Assembly: GCA_963786955.1 (NCBI GenBank)
Contig: CAWBAT010000005.1
Span: forward strand, 1,184,001-1,248,000
From: an uncultured Acidimicrobiia bacterium
Lineage (GTDB): Bacteria; Acidobacteriota; Terriglobia; Versatilivoradales; Versatilivoraceae
Length of the DNA stretch: 64,000 nucleotides
Direction: 5' to 3'
Below are positions 34,656 to 44,121 of the stretch, one piece after another; position 1 is the stretch's first letter, and the number at the start of each line of letters is the position of its first letter. Below the pieces are notes generated by a model. That model did no database searches, was not told where the DNA came from, and saw only the letters and a program-made list of their open reading frames with translations. Both the position numbers and the translations under genes were made by a program.

Positions 34656-35340
34656 ATGAATATTCTCTGTATTGATACGTCCTCCAGTGCCGGAAGCGTC
34701 GTTCTCGTTTGTGGAGAAAGAGTTCTTGGAGAACTTCATGTGGATTCACTACAGACTCATTCTGCCCGCTTATTATCGGGGATCGACGCAGTTCTCAAGA
34801 GCGCCAATCAGACGATATCCAACGTGGATGGGTTTGCCGTGATCTCTGGGCCGGGGTCATTTACGGGGATTCGCATCGGGCTGACCACAGTGAAGGGATT
34901 GGCGGATTCAATGCGGAAACCCGCCATCCCGATAACGTCATTTGAGGCATGGGTCGAGAAACATCACGATCTTCAAGGCATCCTGGTTCCGCTCATTCCG
35001 GCACGTCGTGGCGAGGTCTACGCATGTGTTTACGAACGTCGGGGATCAGAATTAAAGATGCTTTCGGACGGGATCGGAGGAGAAGTGGCAAGTGTCATTG
35101 CACAGATTTCGGAGGCAGAAGTCAGTTTCATTGGTTTTGGTGCCCACCAATATCGAGAAATCATCGAGGGAAGAGGAAGAGGGCAATGGAAGATTTTTGC
35201 GACGGATCTCTTTCTAGGACAACCTATGGCTCGGATTGCATATCAGCGCGCCACCAAGAAAAGAATTTTGCTCTGCGCAAGACCTGGCTGCTTTCTACTT
35301 GCGACAGTCTGACGCGGAGATTCACTGGAAAGAAAGGTAA
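34656..35340 (+). CDS. tsaB: tRNA threonylcarbamoyladenosine biosynthesis protein TsaB; frameshift near the C-terminus
   Basis: LCIDTSS, HSARL, GPGSFTGIRIG and ARRGEVY motifs. Confidence 0.94.
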
Positions 35341-35852
35341 TGGTTTCCGTTCGACCCATGCAGGAAGAAGATATTCCAGGCATTATCGCCCTTGAAAATA
35401 GCTGGGATTATCTGAGCAAGTGGGGAGAGCAAGGATACCGTGCAGCACTGGCGAACCCAATCATCTATTATTGTTTTGTGGCTGAAGAGGAAGGGGTTGC
35501 GGTTCCAGAAGGGCCAGCGCACGAATTGGCAGGCTTGGCCATCTTCGCACAGTTGTTTGATCATAGTGAAATCTGCAATATTGTAGTGGCCCGTCAGTAC
35601 TTGTCCAAAGGTGTCGGACAAGAATTGATTCAGGCGTGTATTCGGCTCTCCGAAAAAATGGGTCTTTCGCCTATGCTTTTGGAAGTTAGGCAGTCCAATG
35701 AACGGGCCATTCGGTTTTATGAAAAAAATGGTTTCCACAAAATTGCCGAGCGTAAGGATTACTATATGGATCCAAGAGAAAACGCTTGGGTGATGGAGAG
35801 GACAATCCAAGCGGCAGGTACTGACGGACAACGCCAGGCTACTCAATTATGA
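35340..35852 (+). CDS. rimI: Ribosomal protein S18 alanine N-acetyltransferase
   Basis: GNAT fold, LEVRQSNERAIRFYEKNGF...RKDYY; directly follows tsaB. Confidence 0.9.
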   Translation: MVSVRPMQEEDIPGIIALENSWDYLSKWGEQGYRAALANPIIYYCFVAEEEGVAVPEGPAHELAGLAIFAQLFDHSEICNIVVARQYLSKGVGQELIQACIRLSEKMGLSPMLLEVRQSNERAIRFYEKNGFHKIAERKDYYMDPRENAWVMERTIQAAGTDGQRQATQL

Positions 35853-36251
35853 ACGAACGAGGAACCCACACAGCAGGGTGGTGGGCCTCATCCAGAAGAA
35901 CGGGCTTTCTTTCTTTGTCCAAGCTCTACCTCGGTAGGAGAAGAGTAGGAGGTGTGGAAGACTGCGGGCTCCGCCATGGATTCCCCCGTTGATAGAAAGT
36001 GTGCATTATGACTTGTTTTTGCAATCGAGCTGAGGAGGAAGCTACCATGAGCGGGAAGCAGAAGCCATTGTCGATGATGCGGAGAAGAGGTAATGGGCTT
36101 CGGGGAGTGCCTTCTCACTGTCCTGAATGGCGGGAACGCAGTCTCGAATCTCTTGCACCCATGAGCTCGCGCCCGATTCTCAAATTTTCCAAGGGTCGGG
36201 CACAGATCTTGGCGGTATCGGCACGACAGTCGAGCCGTTCTTTGTGAAATG

Positions 36252-36581
36252 TTATCTCTTGACTTGTGCAGGTTCGACCACGGCGGACATCGATCCCCGA
36301 CAATGCGGGATTCTTTGATCAGGCCCGTAGGCATGAACCTGATCGCGGCCAAATTCCGCCTCTTTTAGGCTGCAGGTGACGAGGATCGTTCGCCCGGTTA
36401 AATCCACTTCCATAGCGTGGCTGAAGGCTTCCTGAGTTGAAAAATAGAATAGGAACTGCAACATCTCAATAACATAGTCGTAGCTGTGGTCATCGTCATT
36501 AAGGAGAACCACGTTGTAGAGAGGTTCTGCCGCGGGTTGCTTTTGGGTTCGAGTGTCTTTGTCGGCCTTGGTGGATGGCAT
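36252..36581 (-). CDS. clpS: ATP-dependent Clp protease adaptor ClpS
   Basis: YNVVLLNDDDHSYDYVIEML motif. Confidence 0.9.
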   Translation of the reverse strand: MPSTKADKDTRTQKQPAAEPLYNVVLLNDDDHSYDYVIEMLQFLFYFSTQEAFSHAMEVDLTGRTILVTCSLKEAEFGRDQVHAYGPDQRIPHCRGSMSAVVEPAQVKR

Positions 36582-36839
36582 CGTTCAGGCTGGCAGGAAG
36601 AATCACTACTAAATTCATGCATCGAAACACACTCACATCATAAAACAGCTTATCAGTCAGGTAAAGAACGGTGTCATCAGCAACAGGTTCTTTTTAAATG
36701 AACTCAAACTTGTTGCACGAAACTTTACAATTCAACTACCGTGGCCTGGTAAAATGAAAGTACTTTTAGGTGTGAAATTCATTTCGTGATTCAATCGGTA
36801 CTGTTCCATTTGCCGTTAGTCCCTAAAGGAGGACTTTCA

Positions 36840-38072
36840 ATGCTGGACAAAAAGATTGGCCGTCGAAAATTCGTCAAAAATGTTTCCATGGCCGGGGCTT
36901 CAGCAGTTATAGCCACTTCGCGTACAAGACCCGTTCTCGGCGCCAATGATCGTGTCGTGATGGGAATCATCGGTTCGGGCGGCATGGGCCGGAATCATCT
37001 GAATAAAACCAAGACTCTGGGAGTGGAATGGGTTGCTGTAGCCGACGTCTACGATGTCAATCTTCAAAAGGGGCTCGAGATTGCTGGTCCTGCCGCGAAG
37101 GGTTATACGGATTATCGACAATTACTAGACCGAAAAGATATCGATGCCGTGTTGATCGCTACCCCCGAACACTGGCATCATGATCATCTTCTTGCCGCTC
37201 TCAAGGCTGGTAAGGATGCGTATTCCGAAAAACCAATGTCCTGGTCGATCGAGCAAGGATTGGACATGGTCAATGCAGTTCGCAAGACCGATCGAATCGT
37301 TCAAATCGGGATGCAGCGGCGAAGTTCCCCCCTAGTCCGTGAAGCAAAGGCGATTATTGACGAAGGACTTATCGGGGAAATCAATCTGGTCCGAGCAGAG
37401 TGGTATTGGAATATTCCAATGCTTAGTCGAGATCCCACGCTGCCTGGCAAACTTGATTGGGATGCATTTCTGGGGCCTGCCCCGAAGATCCCTTTCGACG
37501 CCATTCGCTTCAGGAATTGGCGATTCTTTTGGGATTACTCGGGCGGAAACATGACGGATCAGGGTACCCATTTGCTCGATGTCATTCAATGGTTCAACAA
37601 TGTTGAACAACCCATTGCAGCTCAAACATACGGCACCGTTTACAAACTCCAGCCTTCTCAGACCCCAGACACATTTTGCGCGATATTCGAATTTCCCAAA
37701 TTCATGTGTACCTGGACCCTAGCCTACATGAACACATTCATGAAAGGTTGGGGGGTTGTCTTTCAAGGACAGAAAGGAACTCTGGAATTGTCCGAAGATG
37801 GATATCGCGTCTTTGCTGAACCCTGGAGCGAGAAAGGCTACGATCGATTTAAGACGCCGACTCCGATCCGGCAAAATCTCGCGGGTGGAGCGACCGATAC
37901 CCTTCCCCATTGGGCAAACTTCCTGGAATGTGTCAAATCTCGAAAGCAGCCAAATGCGACGGTTGAAATTGGGTTCCGTGCGGTGAGGCCATTGCATCTG
38001 GCGAATATCGCCCAGCATAATTTGAATCGAGCAGAGCTCGGGGCAGATGGTTATTCCGTAAGATTATCATAA
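36840..38072 (+). CDS. Tat-exported Gfo/Idh/MocA oxidoreductase
   Basis: AGGAGG RBS, GRRKFVK twin-arginine signal, IGSGGMG, ATPEHWH, SEKP, DQGTHLLD. Confidence 0.92.
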   Translation: MLDKKIGRRKFVKNVSMAGASAVIATSRTRPVLGANDRVVMGIIGSGGMGRNHLNKTKTLGVEWVAVADVYDVNLQKGLEIAGPAAKGYTDYRQLLDRKDIDAVLIATPEHWHHDHLLAALKAGKDAYSEKPMSWSIEQGLDMVNAVRKTDRIVQIGMQRRSSPLVREAKAIIDEGLIGEINLVRAEWYWNIPMLSRDPTLPGKLDWDAFLGPAPKIPFDAIRFRNWRFFWDYSGGNMTDQGTHLLDVIQWFNNVEQPIAAQTYGTVYKLQPSQTPDTFCAIFEFPKFMCTWTLAYMNTFMKGWGVVFQGQKGTLELSEDGYRVFAEPWSEKGYDRFKTPTPIRQNLAGGATDTLPHWANFLECVKSRKQPNATVEIGFRAVRPLHLANIAQHNLNRAELGADGYSVRLS

Positions 38073-38307
38073 TTGGGGCCTTGTACTACCTGGTCCACTG
38101 CAAATTCATAATTTGAGGGTAAGTCTAGAGGGTGTCGGGTTTCTACTCTTGCCTAGGATTAGTACCGTGGTCGGCAATTGCACGCGACGTTTTTTGTCTC
38201 CTGCGGATTGGGTGTGCTTGCAAATCTGGAAAATCCCGTTAAGATAATCTATCCCATTCAAGGATACGTTTGCCCCTGAAGACGAAACCTAAAGGAGAGT
38301 ACTTAAA

Positions 38308-38740
38308 TTGCGATATCCTGAAGATTTTATTGGCCCAATGCGAAAAGAACTGACTCGCCTTGGGGTTATTGAAACAAAAACCCCTGAGGAAGTGGACAAG
38401 CTAATAGCTCCTGGAAGCGGTATAGTGATGATGATTGTTAATTCGATGTGTGGCTGTGCAGCCGGAGGCGCGCGCCCTGGGATCGCCTTGGCATTGCAAC
38501 ATTCGGTTTTGCCCGATAAGGTCGCGACCGTTTTCGCGGGCGGCGATGTTGAAGCGACGGCCAGAGTTCGTGAACACCTGAAAGAATTACCCCCCCTCCT
38601 CCCCTTCTGTGGCACTGTTTCAAGATGGGAAGCCGCTATTCATGTTGCACCGCCATCAGATTGAGGGTCGCGATCCGGTAGCGATTGCCAATTCTTTGAC
38701 TCAGGCTTTCGATGAACTCTGCGTGAAAGAGCCAAAGTAA
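38308..38740 (+). CDS. BrxA/BrxB-family bacilliredoxin; frameshifted near the C-terminus
   Basis: PMRKELT, VNSMCGCAAGGARP, TVFAGGD; PSVALF...RHQIEGR continues in another frame. Confidence 0.88.
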
Positions 38741-38841
38741 CGAAGTGGGACATTAATTCCTTTGATATTGGTCTGCAATTCCCATAGACTAAATTTGATG
38801 GATTAGGCTCCCCTGTTGGACTTTTGTTGTAGGAGGTTACC

Positions 38842-39015
38842 ATGCTAGGCGGAAAAATCGGTCTTCCTGAATTGATTATCATACTGGCAATTGTCTTTTT
38901 TCTGTTTGGTGCAAAGCGATTACCCGAAATTGGCAAAGGGATAGGGGAAGGGATCAAGAACTTCAAGGGTGCAATGAAAAAAGACGAGAAGGACCTCCAG
39001 GAGAACAAAGATTAG
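38842..39015 (+). CDS. tatA: Sec-independent translocase TatA/TatE (57 aa, below the ORF-track cutoff)
   Basis: AGGAGG RBS; [42 protein letters not shown]... Confidence 0.95.
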   Translation: MLGGKIGLPELIIILAIVFFLFGAKRLPEIGKGIGEGIKNFKGAMKKDEKDLQENKD

Positions 39016-39093
39016 AATGGATTTTGAGAGTACCAGCCCTGGACCTTCCCTCCCATTGAGAAAACCTCAGTAGAATATCGCATCTGCCAGGTG

Positions 39094-40818
39094 TCAAGTC
39101 GCTTTCAGCGCGACAATCGTTTGATCATCATATTTCCTGTTATCCAGCGAAAACTGCTCAATCTCCGAGAGGATTTTATCTACTAATCTCTTCACTGGAA
39201 GGGACGAGTAGCGCGCCACGGCTTCTTTTAGGCGATCCACTCCGAATTCCTCTGCCCGCAGATCCCTGGCTTCGAGCAAGCCATCAGTATAGAAAATCAC
39301 ACAATCGCCTGGATTTAGCGCGACCTTAATTTCTCGGTATTCCGCTTCATCGAAAAGACCCAAGGGAAACCCTTGAACGGAGAGAACCTCGGCCTTTCCT
39401 CCCCGGCATACAATGAGCGGAGGGGATCCGGCGTTGGAGTACTTGAGGATCCGGGTATTCCCATTATAGATTGCATAAGAGAGGCTCATAAAGCGCCCCT
39501 CGATGGCGCGCTGTCGTAACGAGATGTTCATGAGCCGCAACATTTCTGCTGGCGAATACTTTCGCCCAGCTCGGGTTCGCAAAATGCCGCTGGCAACAGC
39601 ACCATAGAGGGCTGCAGGTGCTCCCTTGCCGGATACGTCGCCAATGGCAATAGCGACTGTATCGTCGTCATAAGAGAAAAAGTCGTAAAGATCCCCCCCT
39701 AGAATCCGGGCAGGGCGGAATTCTGCAAAAAAGGTTGTATTAGGGATTTCGGGATACTTGTCGGGAATGAGGGAATATTGAATTTCGCGGGCAAATTTCA
39801 GCTCACGATCCAGCAAGGCTTCGGCTGCGACCACTCTCTCATATAGTCTGGCGTTTTCAATTGCGACCGCCACATGGCTTGCCAATGCCATGAGGGTCTC
39901 CTCATGAAAGGGTGTGAAGTAGTTCAGGAATGGACTTTGGAGATCGAAAACACCGATGGCTTTGTCTTTGTAGATCAGCGGGATGACAAGCTCTGAACGT
40001 GTTTCTGGAGTAACGCTGATATAGCGAGGATCTTTGGTCACGTCATTGATGAGAAGAGGACGCTTTTTCGTGACCGCGGTCCCGACGAGCCCTTTTCCCA
40101 ATGGGATTCTCGATTTCTCCTTGGCATCACGATTGTACTTCACGGAAAGCCAGGATCGAAGCACCTGCTCTTCTTCGTCCACGAGCAGGATAGAAAAGAT
40201 GTGGTAGTGAAAGACCCGGCGGAGCTGCTCCGCGACTTTCTTCAGAAGTTGTTCGAGATCAAGAATCGAGGAGAGTTCTTTCCCGATCTCGTTGAGAGTT
40301 TCAAGCATCTCACTCTTTGATACAAGACTCTCATAGAGGAGCGCATTGTCAATAGCGACAGCCAGTTGGGATGCTAACAGGGTTAAGACTCTCTGGTGAT
40401 AGGGTTGGAAATAATTGGGCTGGGGACTTTCGATGTCCAGAACTCCGACCAGGCGATTCCTCGAGAGCAAAGGAATCGCGAGCTCAGAGCGGACGCCTTC
40501 AATCAGATCAATGTAACGAGAATCTCGGGTTACGTCAGGGACCAAAATCGGTTCACGGCGTAACGCAGCGGTGCCTACCAAACCTTCTCCAATTTTGATG
40601 TGCGTCCCTTTAACATTGTCAGGGTATCCCAAAGTAAATCGCCAATAGAGGTCCTTCCGGATTTCGTCGACCAGTAGAATAGCGAAAATCTGGTAGTCGA
40701 TGAACCGGCGGGTAGTTTCGGCGATCTTCTCCATAAGTTCGTCGAGGGAAAGAATTGAATTGATTTCTCGACCCACTTCGAAAATCAGCTCAAACAGGTT
40801 CTCTTGGTTCGTGGTCAA
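39094..40818 (-). CDS. GAF-GAF-SpoIIE (RsbU-like PP2C) phosphatase
   Basis: Two GAF domains (GEGLVG...RSELAIPL; GKGLVG...RSELVIPL), then GGDLYD, GDVSGKG, YTDGL, DDQT. Confidence 0.93.
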   Translation of the reverse strand: MTTNQENLFELIFEVGREINSILSLDELMEKIAETTRRFIDYQIFAILLVDEIRKDLYWRFTLGYPDNVKGTHIKIGEGLVGTAALRREPILVPDVTRDSRYIDLIEGVRSELAIPLLSRNRLVGVLDIESPQPNYFQPYHQRVLTLLASQLAVAIDNALLYESLVSKSEMLETLNEIGKELSSILDLEQLLKKVAEQLRRVFHYHIFSILLVDEEEQVLRSWLSVKYNRDAKEKSRIPLGKGLVGTAVTKKRPLLINDVTKDPRYISVTPETRSELVIPLIYKDKAIGVFDLQSPFLNYFTPFHEETLMALASHVAVAIENARLYERVVAAEALLDRELKFAREIQYSLIPDKYPEIPNTTFFAEFRPARILGGDLYDFFSYDDDTVAIAIGDVSGKGAPAALYGAVASGILRTRAGRKYSPAEMLRLMNISLRQRAIEGRFMSLSYAIYNGNTRILKYSNAGSPPLIVCRGGKAEVLSVQGFPLGLFDEAEYREIKVALNPGDCVIFYTDGLLEARDLRAEEFGVDRLKEAVARYSSLPVKRLVDKILSEIEQFSLDNRKYDDQTIVALKAT

Positions 40819-41199
40819 GGAGAGCTATCCTTCTTGCCTCAACGGCATCATGGGTCTATCTGGCCTGGTATTCTTCTCAGACAAGCGTGGTTTTAAACCG
40901 TCCTTAGGAAAATACATCCCGCCAACCCATTTGAAAAGAGGAGAATGGAAACACAGGGACGGGCGTGGACTCCTGAGGGTACTTGGCTACCATTCGCGGG
41001 GATGATCGATTCGGGATGCATAGAAACGGTTTCTCTGCTTGTATTTGCCTTCTTCTAAGTTTCAGGAGTCCGTGCTGCAACTGGTCCCACTGGGGTCATC
41101 GTTCCCAGCTAGAGCCGTCCATCCCAATGGGTACAACTTAGCTAGGCTACCCACGAACGAAATACCGGCTGAGAGCCAAGAAGTAAGGGACGGAACGCT

Positions 41200-41868
41200 C
41201 TAAAGAGCACAACTGCAGTCACCCGGAATGGCGACTAGGCTACTCCTCAATAATTGATTTTCCAACTCTTCGATTCTGGTGACTCGATACTGATAGCGAT
41301 CTCCATCGAATGATGTGTTGAGCCAGGTTGAGAGGATTAATTTCATTTGGTCGATGGAATTGGCTTCAGGGCTTAAAGCCAGGAAATTGGCATCATCATA
41401 TTTGCGGGAATTACTGGCGCTCAACCGGTCATAGCACAATGCGGCTCGAATTCCAGGCATCTTATTGGCCAGGATATAAGACCCGGTGCCGGCGCTCTCA
41501 ATGGCTACCGCCCGATGTGCCTCTCCAATACTCACGGCAGTGGCAACTCTTAGCTCGGCTGAGGGGCAACGGCTGTTGTCCTGAAGGTCGTCACCACAAT
41601 CCAGGACCACATACCCATCTCTTTCGAGAAACTCACCTAATTGCGATTTCAGCGCCCCACACTCCTTATCGCTACTCATGGCGATGCACTTGCTACGAGG
41701 TTTCAGATCCAAAATAGTTGCAAGGTTCTCACACTCAATAATTGTGCTTTGTCGTTGGACTGCTAATTCGCGGGCCAGCGCAGTCACAATAGTCCCTTTT
41801 ATTACATAACAAGGACTTCCAGGTAAGAGGTTACTAATGTCATCCCCAGTGAGAACTTGATTTTTCAT
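41200..41868 (-). CDS. RpiB/LacA/LacB-family protein with N-terminal extension and degenerate active site
   Basis: [39 protein letters not shown]; the DH and CGTG/DGAG motifs are altered. Confidence 0.8.
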   Translation of the reverse strand: MKNQVLTGDDISNLLPGSPCYVIKGTIVTALARELAVQRQSTIIECENLATILDLKPRSKCIAMSSDKECGALKSQLGEFLERDGYVVLDCGDDLQDNSRCPSAELRVATAVSIGEAHRAVAIESAGTGSYILANKMPGIRAALCYDRLSASNSRKYDDANFLALSPEANSIDQMKLILSTWLNTSFDGDRYQYRVTRIEELENQLLRSSLVAIPGDCSCAL

Positions 41869-42413
41869 TCTTCCTCAAAATGGAAATGGTCGTCAAATTT
41901 CGGAACTTCTGGGCATAATCCAGTCCATACCCAACGACAAACTCATCAGGAATCTCAAAGCCCACATAGGTGGCTGCTACATCTTTGGTTCTTCGGGACC
42001 GCTTACTTAAAAGAGTGCAGATGTTCAGGGAATTCGGACCGCGTGTCCAGAGATAACGAGACAAATAAATCAAGTGTCAGGCCGGTGTCCAGAATGTCCT
42101 CCACGATCAAGACTTCTCTCCCTTGAATCGTAGAATCCAGATCTTTGACGATTCTGACCTCGCCGGAGGAGCGCTGACTTTCCTTATAACTAGAAACCGC
42201 CATGAAATCCAAAGTAGTGTTTTTGGGCAAATATCGGATCAAGTCCGCCAGAAAAATACAAGCACCTTTAAGGATGCAGATCAGATGCAGCTGCTTCCCC
42301 GTATAGTCGTCCGTTATCCGGATTCCTAATTCTTTGACTTTGGCCTGGATTTGTTGCGCGTCGATTAGAACATCTAGTTGAGTTGACACCTCAAGGGTAT
42401 CAGGCGTCATCAT
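41840..42413 (-). CDS. hpt: Hypoxanthine phosphoribosyltransferase; frameshifted
   Basis: [25 protein letters not shown] and FVVGYGLDY motifs. Confidence 0.95.
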
Positions 42414-42499
42414 TAAACCCCAGATATATTTGATGCCCGAATTATTCTACTGTATCCTATCCGTAATCGTGGTGCAAGCCGGACGCGCAGGAAGGCAGC

Positions 42500-42529
42500 T
42501 TGACAATGATCAGGCGCTCTTCTTATCAT
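42500..42529 (+). promoter_or_regulatory. Putative sigma70 promoter
   Basis: TTGACA-N18-TATCAT upstream of the small secreted protein at 42582. Confidence 0.4.
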
Positions 42530-42581
42530 GCCATGGCGATTGAGTATTAAGAATAATTCCGCAGCGAAGGAGCAATCGGTA

Positions 42582-42952
42582 ATGATCAAGAAAGTGAGCT
42601 TAATAATCGGTTGTCTGTTCGTGGCGGTTTCCATGGCCGGAACATTGCCCAAGGGAAGAAAGTGACTTTTGCCGGTTACCTGCTGGATCAAATGTGTGGT
42701 GCAGAGGTGAAGGACACGGCCAAGGCTGCAGAACACTCAAAGGAATGCGCCCTCATGGATCACTGCGTTGCAGCGGGCTATGGGATCTTCGCCGAAGGGA
42801 AGTTTATCAAGTTCGATGCCCAGGGTAACAAGAAAGCCAAGGCATTCCTTGAGAGTAGTAAAAAGGAAAAAGGCATTCTGGTTATCTTGGAAGGAAATCT
42901 TAATGGTGACGTCTTGACGGTCTCGGCGATAAAGGAAAGGGGTGTTAAGTAG
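42582..42952 (+). CDS. Small secreted Cys/His-motif hypothetical protein; one apparent frameshift in the signal region
   Basis: AAGGAG RBS with MIKKVSLIIGCLFVAVSMA, then GYLLDQMCG...HSKECALMDHCVAAGYG. Confidence 0.7.
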
Positions 42953-43211
42953 GGGTATCGTGCTGTGGCCTGGCTGAATGTTTATCTGTGGCTCCCTCTT
43001 GCTTTGAGTTTTGAAACATGAATTTGTTCTTGATCAGTAGCGGCCAGACTTAAATCCCGTGTGAAGTTGCCTTGGTTCGAGAATTTTCTTTCTCCTGTGA
43101 GAGCCAAGGGAAGTGTGTTAATCAAGGAAGAGTTGGTTTTTTCTTCGCCAAAACCTGAATGAAAGATTCTGTTAAGTAGCCTGATTTTAAGAAACGGAGG
43201 AGGTCTTTTTT

Positions 43212-44054
43212 ATGCCCTGGTTTAAGAAGAGCCAGACTCCCATCGTCCAGATTGGAGACAAAACCGTACGAACGGAAGGACTTTGGACGAAGTGCGATCA
43301 GTGCAAACAGATCATCTGGAAAAAAGATTTGGAAGCCAACCAAAACGTCTGTCCAGGATGCAACTTTCACTTTAAAATCTCGGCACGAGAAAGGTTACGG
43401 CTGTTGTTAGATGGTGCAATTTACAAACAGTTCGACGAACGCCTTGTGTCCAATGACCCTCTCCATTTTGTGGACAAGAAACCCTATAAAAGGCGCCTGG
43501 AAGAGATGGCCCGGGCAACCGGGCTCAAAGATGCTGTCATTTCAGCAGAAGGTAAATTAGGGGGGAAGCCGATTTTCGTTTGCGCGATGGAAGCCGCCTT
43601 TATCAGCGGATCGATGGGATCTGTCGTCGGGGAAGTCATCACTCGGGCGATCGAGCGATCCATCGAAAAAAAATATCCTCTGATCATTGTGGCTTGCTCT
43701 GGAGGCGCAAGGATGCAGGAAGGCGCATTGAGCCTTATGCAAATGGCGAAAATTAGCTCAGCTTTGGCCCGCTTAGACGATGTCAAAGTGCCTTATATCT
43801 CGGTGCTTACGGATCCGACAACCGGAGGAGTCACGGCCAGTTTTGCTATGTTGGGGGATATCATTATCGCTGAACCTGGAGCGCTCATTGGATTTGCGGG
43901 ACCTCGGGTGATTGAGCAGACCATCCGACAAAAACTACCGGAAGGTTTCCAGCGCAGCGAGTTCCTTCTAAATCACGGGATGATCGATGCTATTGTGAAT
44001 CGAAAAGACCTGAAGGAGTATCTGATAAAATCCCTTAGATTCTTCGGCCATTAA
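43212..44054 (+). CDS. accD: Acetyl-CoA carboxylase carboxyltransferase beta subunit
   Basis: Zn ribbon KCDQC...CPGC, GSMGSVVGE, SGGARMQEG, PTTGGVTASF, GFQRSE. Confidence 0.97.
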   Translation: MPWFKKSQTPIVQIGDKTVRTEGLWTKCDQCKQIIWKKDLEANQNVCPGCNFHFKISARERLRLLLDGAIYKQFDERLVSNDPLHFVDKKPYKRRLEEMARATGLKDAVISAEGKLGGKPIFVCAMEAAFISGSMGSVVGEVITRAIERSIEKKYPLIIVACSGGARMQEGALSLMQMAKISSALARLDDVKVPYISVLTDPTTGGVTASFAMLGDIIIAEPGALIGFAGPRVIEQTIRQKLPEGFQRSEFLLNHGMIDAIVNRKDLKEYLIKSLRFFGH

Positions 44055-44121
44055 TTTTCTTGCTCTTCTTACCCACCCATTCTGCGGATGTATTCAAAGG
44101 AAGGAGTGGGTTTTTTCGTTT

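Noticed and set aside
34423-34749. 108-aa minus-strand ORF upstream of mutS
   Set aside because: It overlaps the tsaB start on the opposite strand and has no recognisable motif
17262-35340. Calling glnE, mutS, tsaB, tsaC, mtaB, rarA and others pseudogenes or programmed frameshifts
   Set aside because: The motifs are intact, the breaks are single indels, and several genes are normally essential; sequencing error is far more likely
42470-42500. SRP RNA-like GGAAGGCAGC
   Set aside because: It lacks the CAGG...GGAA...AGCAG helix 8 arrangement and a long flanking stem
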